The notes beneath the pieces were generated by a model, which had not been told where the DNA came from, searched no databases, and worked only from the letters and a program-made list of their open reading frames with translations. The translations under genes were made by a program, and so were the position numbers. From Microbotryum violaceum (Eukaryota): a stretch of 64,000 nucleotides of DNA. Where the stretch lies: the NCBI GenBank assembly GCA_001244265.2, contig CDLV01000005.1, forward strand, positions 1,674,001-1,738,000. Direction: 5' to 3'. Below are positions 25,036 through 37,899 of this stretch, one piece after another (within the stretch, counting starts at the first letter, position 1; each line of letters begins with the position of its first letter).

Positions 25036-27036
25036 CACTCGGGCCCGCATTCTTCGACTGCGAAGAAAGTCATCGAGGCGCTCAAGGACGGGATCAATCA
25101 CGTTGACGACCACGCTTTATTGAATGACATCATCGTGCCCCGCCTCGCGCTGTGCTCAGCTTCGGACCTGGTCGAGCAGGTGTTCCAAACGGACCCTTTG
25201 CGGTTTCGTCAGATGTCGCAGCGCGCTCGCACGTCAGGGAAAAAGGTCCGCTCTGGCCAAGATGAAGATGCGCAAGAAGAGCTCCACGCCCGATTCAAGC
25301 AAGTCCACGACCGCCGCCCGGCCGCGACAACGGCGGCTTCGACGGGGCAGTCGACCTGGATGCACGGCGTGGCACGACATGTGAGTGCAGACCATCGACA
25401 GCGGGGGCCTTGTTCGACAATCGACCATTCTCTGCGGGTGTGGCGCATGAAGACTAAGTGAAACCTCGTTTCTTTGGCACACGTGTGCGGCAGGCTCATA
25501 CGGGGCACCCGCGCCGGCGACAGTTCAAACTCGGTATGGCCGTCGCCGAGCGGCCTGCTCGAGTCCACGTCCACACCGATCACGCGCCCGAGTCCGAGAT
25601 TGGGACCGAGCCAAAGTCATCCAAGGGGGCGCAGGAGTGGACACACTTCCTGGCATGTCCTGACGTCGACTCGAGCTTGATGAATTTGTTGTGGAGTCGC
25701 GTTCTGGTGGCGTGTGCGTTCGGTGCTTCTCCTCGCGCAGATCGTCCGCGCGATAGCCAGGGGGGATCTGCCCCACACTTGGTCAGGGTCGTGCTCGATC
25801 TCGTCGAGCACGTGCTTGCGCAACCGACTCGACTGTTTGCACCGGGTCTGGCCGTCAACGACGAAGAGGCACACTTGGCCGTGCTCGACCACGAGACGTG
25901 TCGGATCGCGACCATCCCGGACTGCTGGGGTCAGGGGTCAGGGGTTCGGCGAGCTGGTGGCGGTGTTCGCGGTCCTGCTCGACCTGGACGTCTACTCGGC
26001 CGGGTACTGTCCTGTTTTCCGCTACGAGCGTCATCCCACGAGGGGAGTCAGGGCGGTGTCGTTGCTCACGTCAGTCTTTGGGTCGTCGGTCGGGCGCACG
26101 GTCAAGTTCGAAGACGAGGAGCCGATCGAGCTCGTGTCTTGTGCGAAGACAGACGGTGGACGTCCCCTTTCCGAACGATGTACGACGGTGTTTCATGTCA
26201 TACGACCTAGCCTGAGCTCGTCGGGGACGGCCTCGACAGCCTCGCGCCGTTCGCCTTCTTTCGTCTTGAAGATGCAGCTCGTCAGCCCAAGCTTCGTAGG
26301 CGTCGAGTCGGGTGTGCTGCGCAAGATCAATGACGCGTACGGCACGGGTGCACTCTCACCTGACGTGTACGACCACCTCGCCACACTTGAAGCCCGGGCC
26401 GCACTCTCAGCCCCTGCCTGCGAGCCCTTCGACGAGGACCGGCTGCCATCATCCGCCTCAACGGCTTGTGGCGACGGCGCCACCGAGCTCGAAAAGGCCG
26501 CCCCCTCCCCCCCAGCAGAGCAGGCCCGGCGCACGCTCGAGCTCCTCATTCTGCGTAATCCGACGCCTCTGCCGCGACCGCTCGTTCGGCGTCATCGTGA
26601 GGAGCAGGATCTGCCTCTGGCCCAAGTTGTTCACGTCTTGGTCCGACTCTTGACGGTGCTGACCGCGCTCCACGACCTCAGCTTTTACCACCGCGATCTC
26701 TCGCTTGGCAACATCCTTTAATATAAAGGCCACCTTGTGCTCATCGACTGGGATGGCGGCATTGCGGCCACTCCGGACGAGTCGGTCGCCGTCGGGGCGG
26801 AGGAGCATGGCCGCTTCCGCGTCACGGAGAGTAGCGCGCCGCGAGACGTTCTCGAATGGCACAGATTCAACATACCTTGTTGCGACGATATTCCTCATTA
26901 TACGCTCGTCCGTGCGTTCGAATCGACCGTTTATTGTTTCTTTCAAGTTCTGGCCCATCGTATCGAACCAGAGGATCCTGCATGGGACTTTTTCCAATTT
27001 CGACGGCAGCGAATCAGCAAGTACAATAGCCGCGAT

Positions 27037-27038
<2 letters not shown>

Positions 27039-27067
<29 letters not shown>
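27039..27067 (+). repeat. G29 homopolymer
   Basis: 29 consecutive G residues counted in the sequence. Confidence 0.95.
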
Positions 27068-27406
27068 AATCATGCTTGGTCGGGCTGCTCTCTGGAGTCG
27101 AGCTCGTTACAGTTTTTTGTCCTCGTCGTACCGCGAACGTCTCTTTGCTATGATCCGTGATGTAGATCGGGAGCTGGGCGAAGCGTTGGATCAGATGACG
27201 CTCATGTTCCCCATAAAGTTGTCGTCTGTGGAGATGCAGCAGACGATGGAAGCGATCTGGAAGGGATTCCGACAACTGTCGACGAGAGGTTCGACGGAGC
27301 AAATGACGAGCCAGTAGTAAGTCATGAGTTACTTGAGATGAAACGACCGCTACTCGGACTCGACACTCCTGGGCCTCGTCTAGGTGGAAGAAGCGCTGCC
27401 TTGTAA

Positions 27407-29088
27407 TTATAGCAGGATCTTGTTGTATCTCCTCTTCCTCCAGCCGAGATGGGGTTTTATTTTTGAGACTGGAACAGTGGGAAAGTAGGGCGACTGGCTT
27501 CTAAAGAGACAAAAGCATGCCGACGGAAGAGCGCACCGCCGGCGTGAGGCGTAGAGCAACCTGCCCCTCTTGGCCGAGGAGAAGCGAGCGCTGAAGAGAG
27601 TGAGTCGGCAAATGGCTTTTCTGGTGATCCTGCAAATTAACGAGGCCTGAGAACTCCTGAAATGCTTGTCGGATCGACGTTTGTGGGGAAGCAGACATGC
27701 CTTCGAAGTGGGGGCTTCTGCGCAGCACCAAACACTGAGTAGTTCGCTGCGCGAGGGCAAGCGAGAGATCAAGTCGAATGAATCTTGGATCGTTCCACAA
27801 GGGGAGTGAAGCATCAAAATGGGGATCCACGAGATGTACGAGATGTTGGAAGAGGATTCAGCGCATGCATCTTTTGAAGGTGCCTTCACTTTTGGTATAG
27901 GTTAAGGCGACCAGGATGGTTTTACAACACGAGATGGTACAGGTGATTTGAAATGCTTTGAATCGTGGTATCTAGTACAAAAAGTACTCTTTACTCGTGT
28001 TCGAGAGCCTAGCCTCTGATTGTTTCGACAGCTCGACGAGCGTTTTACTCAGCTCATGCTGGAAAGCAATGTTGTTCAGTACCTCGTCCACAATGCGCTG
28101 CGGGACCGCCAATAAATGCTCGACAGATGAAGTCGGACGGATCAGGTCGCCGAGCGTGCCTACTCCACGAAGCGCTACTTGCCAGCCAGTGAGCGACGTC
28201 GAAGCGGAGGTGGACGATGCCTCACCGGCCGTGAACGCTGGGATTGTGAGGAAATCGACTCCCTGATCAGCGAAAGCACATTGTGAAGCGGATGGGGAGA
28301 AACTAAGCCGCTTCTGCGCGCGGAGCCTAACAACGTCTAAGCAATACCCAATTCGACACTTTCTAATGAATATTGAGCCCAAGAATCCCTGGCCTCGCTC
28401 TCACTCGCGATCACCGCCTCAACCCAGATGGCTCCCATTGTGCTCACAGACGAGATCGTCTTCTGTTGCACCAACCCATTCCAACACGGTCTCGGTCCCA
28501 ATTTTTCCCCGGATCATTTCACATCATCTTTGATCGACCGCTTTGCTAATACCATAGTGGGCGGTGATGCCCCCGACCTGAACCGAACAGCGAACACAGT
28601 GACAGTGAAGGACGAGGCGCGATCAGCATGCGTCGCTGGTCGGCGTTTGCAAGCTAGGGGACAGCGCTCACCAGATTGACCGTCTTGGCAAGCCGAATCG
28701 ATCCAAACCTGTCTGGGGCTTCTTATCCGCCATGAATCCAAATCCGCTTGTAAAAACCGGCTGCCAAGGCGCCGCAGCTTCGGGCGACGAAGAAGTCGAC
28801 GAGCATCCGTACTTGCCTCTTCCATTGCGGGCCCTCGCCGGTTTCTCCATTCTCGTCTTGGCCTAAGCTGAGCTACTTGAGCTTGGGGCGACGGGCGTCC
28901 CTCCCTTCTCGGCCTGTGCGGCCCGCGGCGTTGGACGTTAGATCTCGAGCCCGACGCTGACGAAATCGAGAGCGCTGGCGACGGTGCAGGGGTCGACTTC
29001 CGTTCTGACGCGCGTACGGGTGGAGCTACGCGGACAGGCACAAGGGACCTGCAGTGGCCGTGTCAGAGATAGGCAAACGTGGAGGCAT
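27407..29088 (-). pseudogene. Degenerate hypothetical gene convergent with kinase copy 2
   Basis: ATG at 29088 (MPPRLPISDTATAGP) shifts frame into ORF 28514-29041. Further coding-like pieces at 27972-28382 and 27407-27889, with a GTGAGC donor near 28448. No domain recognised. Confidence 0.3.
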
Positions 29089-29963
29089 AGGTGAAGACGC
29101 AGATGTGAGAAGGAAACAGGTGCTGTCGAAGGTGGTGGAGATGTAGGTGCGGGCGCGAATGTGGATGGCGACGCGAGTGGGTCCTCGAAGGTTTGGCACA
29201 GGCATCGGACTCCATGTGATCAAGTTCCTATTCGATTCGATCCAGCCAGCGGGTCCGTACTGTCCACACTAATGCGGCGATCTGTCCAAGGGTCGTTACA
29301 GCGGGCGAGGAAGCAGGGGTAATTCGAATGCGGGATGGGCTGCCGGTCGATACCACGGCCCCCGGTCGTGCCACCCCGCACTCAAGCCAATTTCTTTTGC
29401 TGTATCGTGCAGGTGTGTCCTCATTTGTTTTGGACACTTCCTGTCGGTACGTTTATACTTAGAGCGAGTTCTCAAAAGGCTAATATGGCCACCTGTCGCG
29501 CTGGTTTCATATTCTGGGCCTCGCAGATGTATCCATTAAATTGGTGACGAAAACGAGTCGAGTTTTAACCCACCACTGAAGCTAGAACAGAGAAGGTGTT
29601 CGGATATGTTCTCTCCGGCACAAGAGAGCCCCTACACGACGGCCGCCACCTACCGAAGCCCGTGATCGGTACGCCTGTCGGCCTGAAAAAAGCTTTCTGC
29701 TGCGCACTTTGGCTACGCACCGCATGGGCCTTCTCTGAGCTTCGAACCCAAATCTGAACCCTTTCTTCAGCTTTCGTCTCAAAGAGTATGAGACCGATCC
29801 CGAAAGAGAACGATCAAAAGGGTGCCGAGAAGTACGGCCGATTAAGGAATTAATCTCTATGAGAGTGCGTCGATTACACATAGCTGTAACAGGCGAGGGT
29901 CAGAGATCTAGTTCATCTACCAGCAGCCGCTCTTGGATTGCAACTGTCTTCCCGTCGCCTCAA

Positions 29964-32900
29964 TCAAGCCTTGATCTCATCGGTCGAGGCGGTCTCCGCT
30001 TTCTCAGCAACGGAAGCAACAGAGGCAGGTTCGGGTGCGGCGGTCTCCTTCGTTTCCGTCTTGGCGATCGGCGATCTCTCCGCCATGTCGACGTCTTCCG
30101 TCGGCGGTGTCCGAACCTCGGTTTTGGCGGGGACAGGGACCCCCACCGGTGTCGCATGCTTCGCTGGGTCGGTTGATTCGGCCGCGGCAACGAGTTCGGG
30201 TGCGGCCTCGGGTGCGGCCTCGGCGGCGGCCTCGGGCTGGAGTTCGGGCACGGGCGCGGATACGGGCTCGGGCTCAGCTACCGCAGCGCTCGGGGGTGGT
30301 GTCGCCAGTTCATCTACTTCGGCTTCGACAGGACCACCAGCAGCGGCGGTAGGAACCGGCTGCGATGACTCTGCAGCAGGGGCGGGGTTAGGGGTGGGGG
30401 CCAGCTCATCGACTTCCTCGTTCATGGGGACGTTGTTCGATGCGGCGGTCGGAGGAGGGGTCGCTGCCCTCATCGACGGCATCACAGGTCCATCTTCGGG
30501 CTTATTCTTCTTCGATTCGGGCCCGTTTGTCGAGTCCGCAGCGGGAATCGTCTCGTCGAATGCGCGCTTGCGAGGGTTGAGACTCGCCTGGGCTTCTTCA
30601 TCGGTGGTGATCTCCTTTTCCGAAGCGGGCGCAGCCGATGAAGGGACCGATCGCGAGAGTCCCATCAGTGCGTCGACGCCTTCATCGTAATTGTCGTCGA
30701 TCTCACGAGTTGGGGCGACGGGAGCGTTGGGTGTGGGTGGGGCAAGCAGCGACGCCGTTGGAAGGAGCGAGGCACTTGTGCTGATGGGTGAGGCGACCGC
30801 AGGCGAGGACGCAGTAGACCCAGCACTTGAATGCGCCTTCCGGCCTCCCTTGGCAGATTCGCTCGACTTTGGAGCGGCCGTCTTTCGCTCCTTCTTAACC
30901 GTCACGCCGGTATCGCTTTTTCGGCCCCGTCCTCCACTAGATAATGGGCCTTCCTTCTTCCCCGATGGCGTGGTCGAGAAAGCCGGGGAGGTGGCTCCAT
31001 CGCGACGATTTCCCCCTTTAGCACCTCCATTGTTGGAAGCAAGGGCAGCCCCGCGCTTCTCGTTCGAAGGCGGCACAGCCGGCGGAAGCGAAGAAGGCCC
31101 AGATGGCGCACCCCGAGGGGATCCGGAAGACGTCGGTCTCGGTGCGCCGCGTGATCGATCATCCATGCCTCCAAACGGTGGGTATCGCGACCTGTCGTTC
31201 GCAGCTACCGGATGAGACGGTGGGTACGGTGCATAGCCGTACGGAGTCGGGTACCCTGGCCCTCGCTCGTCAGGACGAGCCGAAGACGGGGAGCGAGCGG
31301 TCTGGCGTTCGTACGCCGCCGAATCGCGCGACATGGGTGGAATGGGGGGAGAGCCTCGACGGTGTTGCGATGAAGGTGGCGGCGGTGCATGTTGGGTTGA
31401 ATATAGATTCGGATGGCTGCCCTGCGCAGAACCTCGACCGTTGGTCGGCGGCGCCCCACGAGCTCGCTCCCACTCCATCGACTCGTGCTCGCTCGGACGG
31501 CCATAGGGATGCGACGGGATGTTGGGGTAGTGACCCGAGTTGTTGTACTCGGCGCCGTTGAGACGAGATCGCGGTGAGGGTGGTGACCTGCGGCGATGCT
31601 GGTTTGCCATGTCGGCAGCGGAAGGCAACGACGAGGGACCGGTGTCGTGATTGCTCTTCATCTGCGGCAACTGCGACTGTGACGACCCGGAATGACGATG
31701 GGTCGATCGAGGCGACGTGCTCTCATGAGCTGGCGAGAAATGACCGCCGTGGCCCGAGGCTCGACGCCGGTCGTCGCGGTACGGATCGGTCGACATGGGC
31801 CGGGCTCCGTTCACAGGCGCAGGGCCGTCGAATCGTCCATTCTGGGGCGAGCCGGGTCCGTGACCATTCGACTTGCTCAACGAAGGGCTCGAGTCCGGCC
31901 CAAGACCAGCCTGCGCGATCTGCGTCGGTGCGCCGCCCGATCCGGTCGCGTAGCCCCACGACAGCGAGCTCGGGCTGATGTCCTTGGGCTCGGGGGGCGT
32001 TCCCAACAGCGATCCGGTCTCTTGGTGGGCGCGAATCTCACGCAAACGCGTCGACACAATTGTGTTTCCCGGGTCGAGCTGCAGCGTGCGTTGGTAGGCG
32101 TCGATGGCATCGGTCATCTGGTCATTGCACGATTCATACAGGGCGCCCAAGTTGAACCAGACCTCGGCGAGGTATGGGTGGATGCGGATCGCACGCGAGT
32201 AGGCGTCGAGAGCATCATGGTACTGGGTGATGTTATAGTAGAGGACACCTATCGAGCACCAGAACGCCGGGTTCTTGCCATCGCGGTACACGGCTTGCTG
32301 GTAGGCCTCGTACGCTTTGGAGAAGTTATTGACGGTCATGTACGCGCGGCCGAGCAAGTACCAGGAGAAGGGGTCGTTGGGGTCCGACTCGAGACTCTTC
32401 AGCAAGATCTGCACGGACACCTCGGGGTTATAGAAGGACGCGCGCGAGCGGTGGTAGAGGCCTCCGAGCTGCTGCAGCACTTTGGCGTGGGATGGGTTCT
32501 CTGCGAGCACTCGTTCGTACGACTCCTTGGCGGCGTTCAAGTCCTTTTGCTGCTCGTAGACATGCCCGATCTGGAACCAGATGTCGATTTCCGTGAGGGG
32601 GTGGGGCGGGTTCGTGAGGATGTAGCGGAAGCACTGCGCAAGCCAAATAAGGAGCTCATTCCAGTGTTGGCTCGAAGGCTCACGTCTGAACTGGGCGGCT
32701 TCGGATGAACTAACCTCGAGACTCTGCTGCGACTTGCGTTGCTGTTTGTAGATGATGCCTAGGCGGAAGAAGATTTCGTTCGCCTTCTCGAAGCCTGAGG
32801 GAGACAACAGGTTGGCGTTAGGAGCGGTGTCGTCGGCTCCGCTCCGGAGAAACGAATGACTTACTCGGATCCAATCGAATGACCGAAGCGAACGCATCCT

Positions 32901-33759
32901 CTGCATTCTCGAGACTTCCATACCTGTCGTACAAGATGCCGATGCCGTACCACAACTTGGGTTCCTGTGTGGTCAAATCAAAGGCCATGGCCGGCCTCAG
33001 TTCTTGGTCGACAAGCGACAAGGATGCAAGAGTTCGAAGCTTTGCTCACCTGGGGGTTGGGCATATAGTAAAGGGCTTGCTGGTACGAGCAATAGGCCTT
33101 TTTCAGATCGTCAATCATCAAGAAGCAGTGTCCTGTTGTTGTGTAGCATGGCACGACCATGGTCAGCCGTGCCGAAAAGTAAGGATGGAATCGACGCTCG
33201 ATGAAGTTGAAGACTGACCGAGAGCGCCCCAGATGTCACCCGACTCGGGTGCGATCGCAAGGGCTCGGCCAAAGTACTCTGCCGCTTTCTTGAATTCTTC
33301 CTTGCTGCGGCAGATGGCTGCAATCTGGGACAAAGCGACGAGGGAAAAGGCGTTGTGTCGCAGAGCGGCTTCGTACGAGGCGATCGCGCGTTCCGTGCAC
33401 CCAACTGCTTCTGCCGTTCGACCTGTTGGGATCAAAGAGACCAATATCTTAGTCCCGAACTTAATGACACAAATATTGGGACAGAAGGGGCGGCACTGCT
33501 GAGAGTCCTAAGACTTACCAATTTGCAACCACGTCGCTTCTGCCTCCTTGCCGAGCTTGACGAGAGACTCGATGCGAGGGTGGTGGGCGACTTGATCGGC
33601 GGCATGGTTCCTCTCGTGACCGAGGGTAAGGATCTGGGCCACACTGGGGCCTTGTTGAGGTGGGGCCGATCCGGTCTGGGACATGCTGAGCGGCGGCGGC
33701 GGCGGTGGGGCCGCTGCGGCAGAGTGCATGTTGCCGTACGCGCCAGCGGGGGTCGCCAT
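29964..33759 (-). CDS. SSN6: General transcriptional corepressor Ssn6/Cyc8 (TPR repeats plus low-complexity C-terminus)
   Basis: WLQIG|RTAE...AIASYEAALRHN, WGAL|GHCFLMIDDLKKAY...YQQALY, EPKLWYGIGILYDRYGSLENAE, EIFFRLGIIYKQQ, DIWFQIGHVYEQQ, WYLLGRAY, AYEAYQQAVYRDGKNPAFWCSIGVLYY, EVWFNLGALYESCN, and C-terminal REIDDNYDEG. Confidence 0.95.
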
Positions 33760-36700
33760 GACGCACTGAGCCTCTACGTTGTAGGAGGTTGGAACGAGGC
33801 TTGAAAGAAGTAGTCCTAAGAATGTAATAAAAGCCAGGTGGTGGGCGTGGTGTTGCGGCTACGTTCGAGCTAAGCGAGGATGCGATGGCGGCACTGTGTG
33901 CGAATTACCACGTCCCGGGCACGCGGCAGTAGTGGGGCGAGGCCGTGAGGTCGCGGCGCGGGGCTAGTCGATCGGCCGTCGGTCGGGTCAGTCGGTCAGT
34001 CGGCCTGGGCAAGCAAGCCAGCCAGGCGGTCGTGGGTCGCACGGGCCACTCTGCAAGAGGAGACTTGATTCGTCTTGAAAAGTGTCTTGGTCCTCGGCGA
34101 GCTTCTTCCAAGAGAGGTTCGTTCGCTCGACGTCTCCGGATCGTTCCAATGGGAGCAAGGGTCGAGTCGATGTACACCGATCACTGATCGGCGGAGAAGC
34201 TCAGGAGCTGCCGAGGCGGTCGAGTGGGAGCCACCAAAGACACAAGGAACGCACGCACGCAGACGGCGCTAGCACAGCCGCGCAAAGGCGCCACTCGGCA
34301 CGGCAGCAGCAAGCAGGCAGGTGGGGTCGCGGCGAGGCGTCGTATCAACAGTCCGCGATGGGCAGCAGCCTGCGGTAAACGTTCGACAAGGCGTATGGTG
34401 CGGGTCGTGTGGACGTGGAACTAGATCCTTAGTCGAGAGTGGCGCAAAAGCGATAGGAGGACCTCTGCGTCGTGGGTCGTACCGTTAGGTGGTACTTACT
34501 AAAACTGGGCGGCGGCGACCTGTTGAATTTGAGGGGAGAGGGGGAGGATGCGCGTGGGCAAAGGCGGGCAAGGACACGGCGCCGAAATCAATTGGCTCCA
34601 GCGCTCGAACTCAAGGGCTTCGCCGCTTCGATCAATTCGAATTCGCACCTGCGCTGGGCCTCCCCAAGTTTCAGGAACGGCGCCGGAAGGAAGCTCCACG
34701 CTTCATCAAACAAGTCATAAGTCAGGCACAATCGGTGCCGCCCCGCCCCCGCGCCTCTCGCTCGAAACAAAATAAAAAATAAAAAAATAAATGAAGGGGA
34801 ACCGAGCTCGGAAGGACATGCAAAGCAACATTGTGGAAGGTCAAATAGAGGCCAAATAGAGGCGATGCATTTATCCTTCTTCGCCAGGAGAGAAGTGATC
34901 AAGTGGTCACCGTCGGTCGTAAGTTTCGTAACGGTGGTAACGGTGGACGAGCCGGTGCCTTGCGGGTCCCGATCCGACCTTTTTCTATCTCCCTCAGAAA
35001 ATGCGCGTGGCAGCTTGGAGCCGTCGCCGGGGGCCAGCGGTAACCGTTTGGACAATGCGCAAACCGAGGATCTTCAGCCGAGAACCTTGGGTGGGCCGCA
35101 GCCAGGGCCATCTTCATTACCCCGCACCAGCCCGCCTCAGCCCCCCGAGTCCCTGACGCCAACGTCAACGTCTTTCCTCTCTTGCTTTTGGCACCCCCAA
35201 AAAAAGATTGTAAGCTCCTCCTTCGCCCTTGTGACAAGGTCTACGTCAGGTTTCTCGGTAGATCGAGCCTACGAAGTACCAAGATTTCAGCCCCCTTCAA
35301 TGCGATTCGGAATCCGGACTCAGCGGGGCCGGTGCAGCTTTTATTTGACGCCGAGCGAGCACGAGGCGCGGACGATCAGTCGACCTAGTCAACCGCTCAA
35401 AATTCTGACTAGCTGAATGCTTGATTTCTAGTATGTACTCACCAAAACCGATCAACCGCGAGTCGTCCGCGACGTTGGCCAGCCACACTAGTAGGCCTTG
35501 ACGAATAAATTGTAGAGTAGATCGCCTGGCACGTCATCGGTCGTCTTATAAGCGCCGGCTCCCTTTCTATAAGATCTCACATGTCACAAGTGAGCTTTCG
35601 CTTGTCTCACCCTCGAATCGCCTTTAATACCATCTGCGCGCAGCCTTGCTAATCGGTGTGAAGTCGTGCTGCGCGAGATCCGTTCCTGGACACGAAAAGG
35701 CTCGTATCAACATCTACTTTTATTCATTTATCTACGTCTACTTTTCTGTATCACATCCACTTATCTACACATCTCAGCTTTGTACACTGCTTAAAAAATC
35801 GCACCACAAAAACATCTCCATCAATTATGGTTCTCTCAGGCGCGCGCGCGAGCGCCGATCCCCCCCCCCCCGGTCCCGGAGGCCCGGGCGGAGCTCGCAA
35901 CGACCTTGAATCACATTCACCGAGCAGGGCGACTAGTCTTCATCGACGTCGACGCTCGGGCTCTAGGTAGGAGCACACTGAGGATTTGGGTAAAGGCTCA
36001 TGCCTAGGTACTACCTTGTGACATCATCACGTCTGACAACGCTCCTGGGCGCTCCCAGTCTAGGCACTTTTGCGAGCCAGACCTGGATTCAAACTAAGCG
36101 CAACGCCGAGATTTGTGACTGTGCGGTGGGGAGAAACACGTGGCCCAAGCATGCGCTAGCAAGTGGGTACGTAAGCAGCGGCCTACTTCTAACTCAGAGC
36201 AAAGGCGCGGACTCGATCGGGCGGGATCCAATTTTCGCTCCGCCGTTAGCCTGAATGAATTCGGACGGGAGTGTCTTAGATCTGATCAATTATGCTTGAA
36301 ACCTTCTCATCCCGTGAGCCCAACCGGCGCTTGGTTCATCGATCTACAGAGTCGCAATTCGATTCCAGCGGGTGATTGACGGATTCGCGAGCGTGAGATT
36401 TTGTAACCCCAACTCTTTGTCAGCCGAATTGCCGAACCTACGCCGGGAGCTGATTTTCTCTTACGTGTACGTGTAGATCCTTTCCTACCTGGCTATTTTT
36501 AGATGAAGGGACGAGCTAGAAGTGCTTTGCTGCAGTCGATAAAAAGTGGGCGTAGAGCCCCTACCTGTAGGTAGGGAATATTGTTACCGCCTCGGACGAC
36601 TTCCAACGCCGGGCTGCGACTTCCCGAACACAGACGCTGATGAAAACTCACTGCCAAACACCTGATGTGTAAGGAACAACCGGATGGCTCTTAAAAAGTA

Positions 36701-37899
36701 CGTGTATAATTACCTACGAAGAGCGGGTAGCTAGTCAATTGTTTCTGTAGAGATCCAACCACTGTTCCCACTGCAGCAGACGGAAGGCTCACAAGGCGTG
36801 GCGGCAAGTCGACGAGTGGTGCCCGTCGATCGAGCGATCGCTCGGCATGCATTAGGTACAGTGCCACGAGCCAAGCCGCTCGCACGTCGCCGCCGATGTA
36901 TCAGCACACCTTGTATTGCTCCCCATGTGGGCAAGGGCCGAGCGTGAACTACTTGACCATTCCAAAGTCGATGCTTAAATCGCGATATGCTTAGTCCGAT
37001 CAATACAGAGGTAAGATCCCGGCGGTCGGTAATCCAAGACTCACTCCGCGCGACGACCGAGATTTTGCACAGCATGATGATGCGTCTCCCGGACTCCGAG
37101 AGAGCGAGCCTCTGTGCGATCGTTTGCAGGTGAGGAAAGGTAGAGTCCGGGTACGTCAGTATTTCCTACCACCTATAGGTAGATCTCTTTGGTTGCCGCA
37201 GGCTGAGTGTGGCTGAGCCACATCAGGTGTACCAAGGCTGCCCTACCTGACTAGCTATAGGTAATAGGATCGGTCCCTTAAATCATCGGTCGGTGACTGT
37301 GATCCTAGATCTAGGCAAGCACCCACCCAAGTAGCGTTAGCCTAGGCTCCAGAGTGGCGGTGACAGCTTTGACATCTAACCCACCTCGTTAGGTAGGCAC
37401 CTAACGGTCGCCGAAGTGCCGAACTTCTGGCCGAGTGATCCTGGCCGAGGATAACTCGACTCGAGCATTTTTGAGTCGCAGGAGCGCTCGCGCGGCTCGG
37501 TCTCACGCCGTCATACCTTCCCCTCGGCGCTAAGTGCTCAAACGCACCACTCCCCTCGCGTCGGTGACACCACTTTCCCCGGTATTCGTTTGCAAGTCGC
37601 CAAAACGAATGGAGCTTTTTGCACCCGGAGGGTTGTTCTTACGAACCTTGACGTCGAAGCACGGTGAACCTCGATCATGATCGATTTTGTTGCTTCCCGC
37701 TGAATCCCTCCTGATCGGGATCTCGCTCGGTTTCGACCTCGGGCCTCAAATCACCACCTGCTCCCGGCCCCTGGCTGGCGGATAACCGGAACAGCAGAAC
37801 CTTTGCAGAAACATTCCAGCTTGCAGTGTAGCAGTAGCGTATTGTAATCACTCGGCTACCAAACAATTTTAAAATTCCGCTGCCACCCCATGGTTATAC

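Larger units (their letters stand above)
24922..27317 (+). pseudogene. FunK1/Pkinase_fungal-type protein kinase-like gene, copy 2 (disrupted)
   Basis: Paralog of 1992-4595 (VVLDLVEHVLAQPTRLFAPGLAVN, LLDLDVYSAG, RRTLELLILRNPTPLP, YHRDLSLGNIL, VLIDW) with the same intron position (25381-25493). Lesions: 7-bp duplication TCAGGGG at 25931-25944, TAA at 26719-26721, and an out-of-frame G29 tract. 5' exon(s) upstream of 24922 unresolved. Confidence 0.8.

Noticed and set aside
31692..32708. 338-aa plus-strand ORF
   Set aside because: Antisense shadow of the SSN6 TPR exon.
35820..36294. 10-bp direct repeat ATCAATTATG flanking about 455 bp as a possible TSD
   Set aside because: No terminal inverted repeats or poly-A tail inside; a single 10-mer match could be chance.
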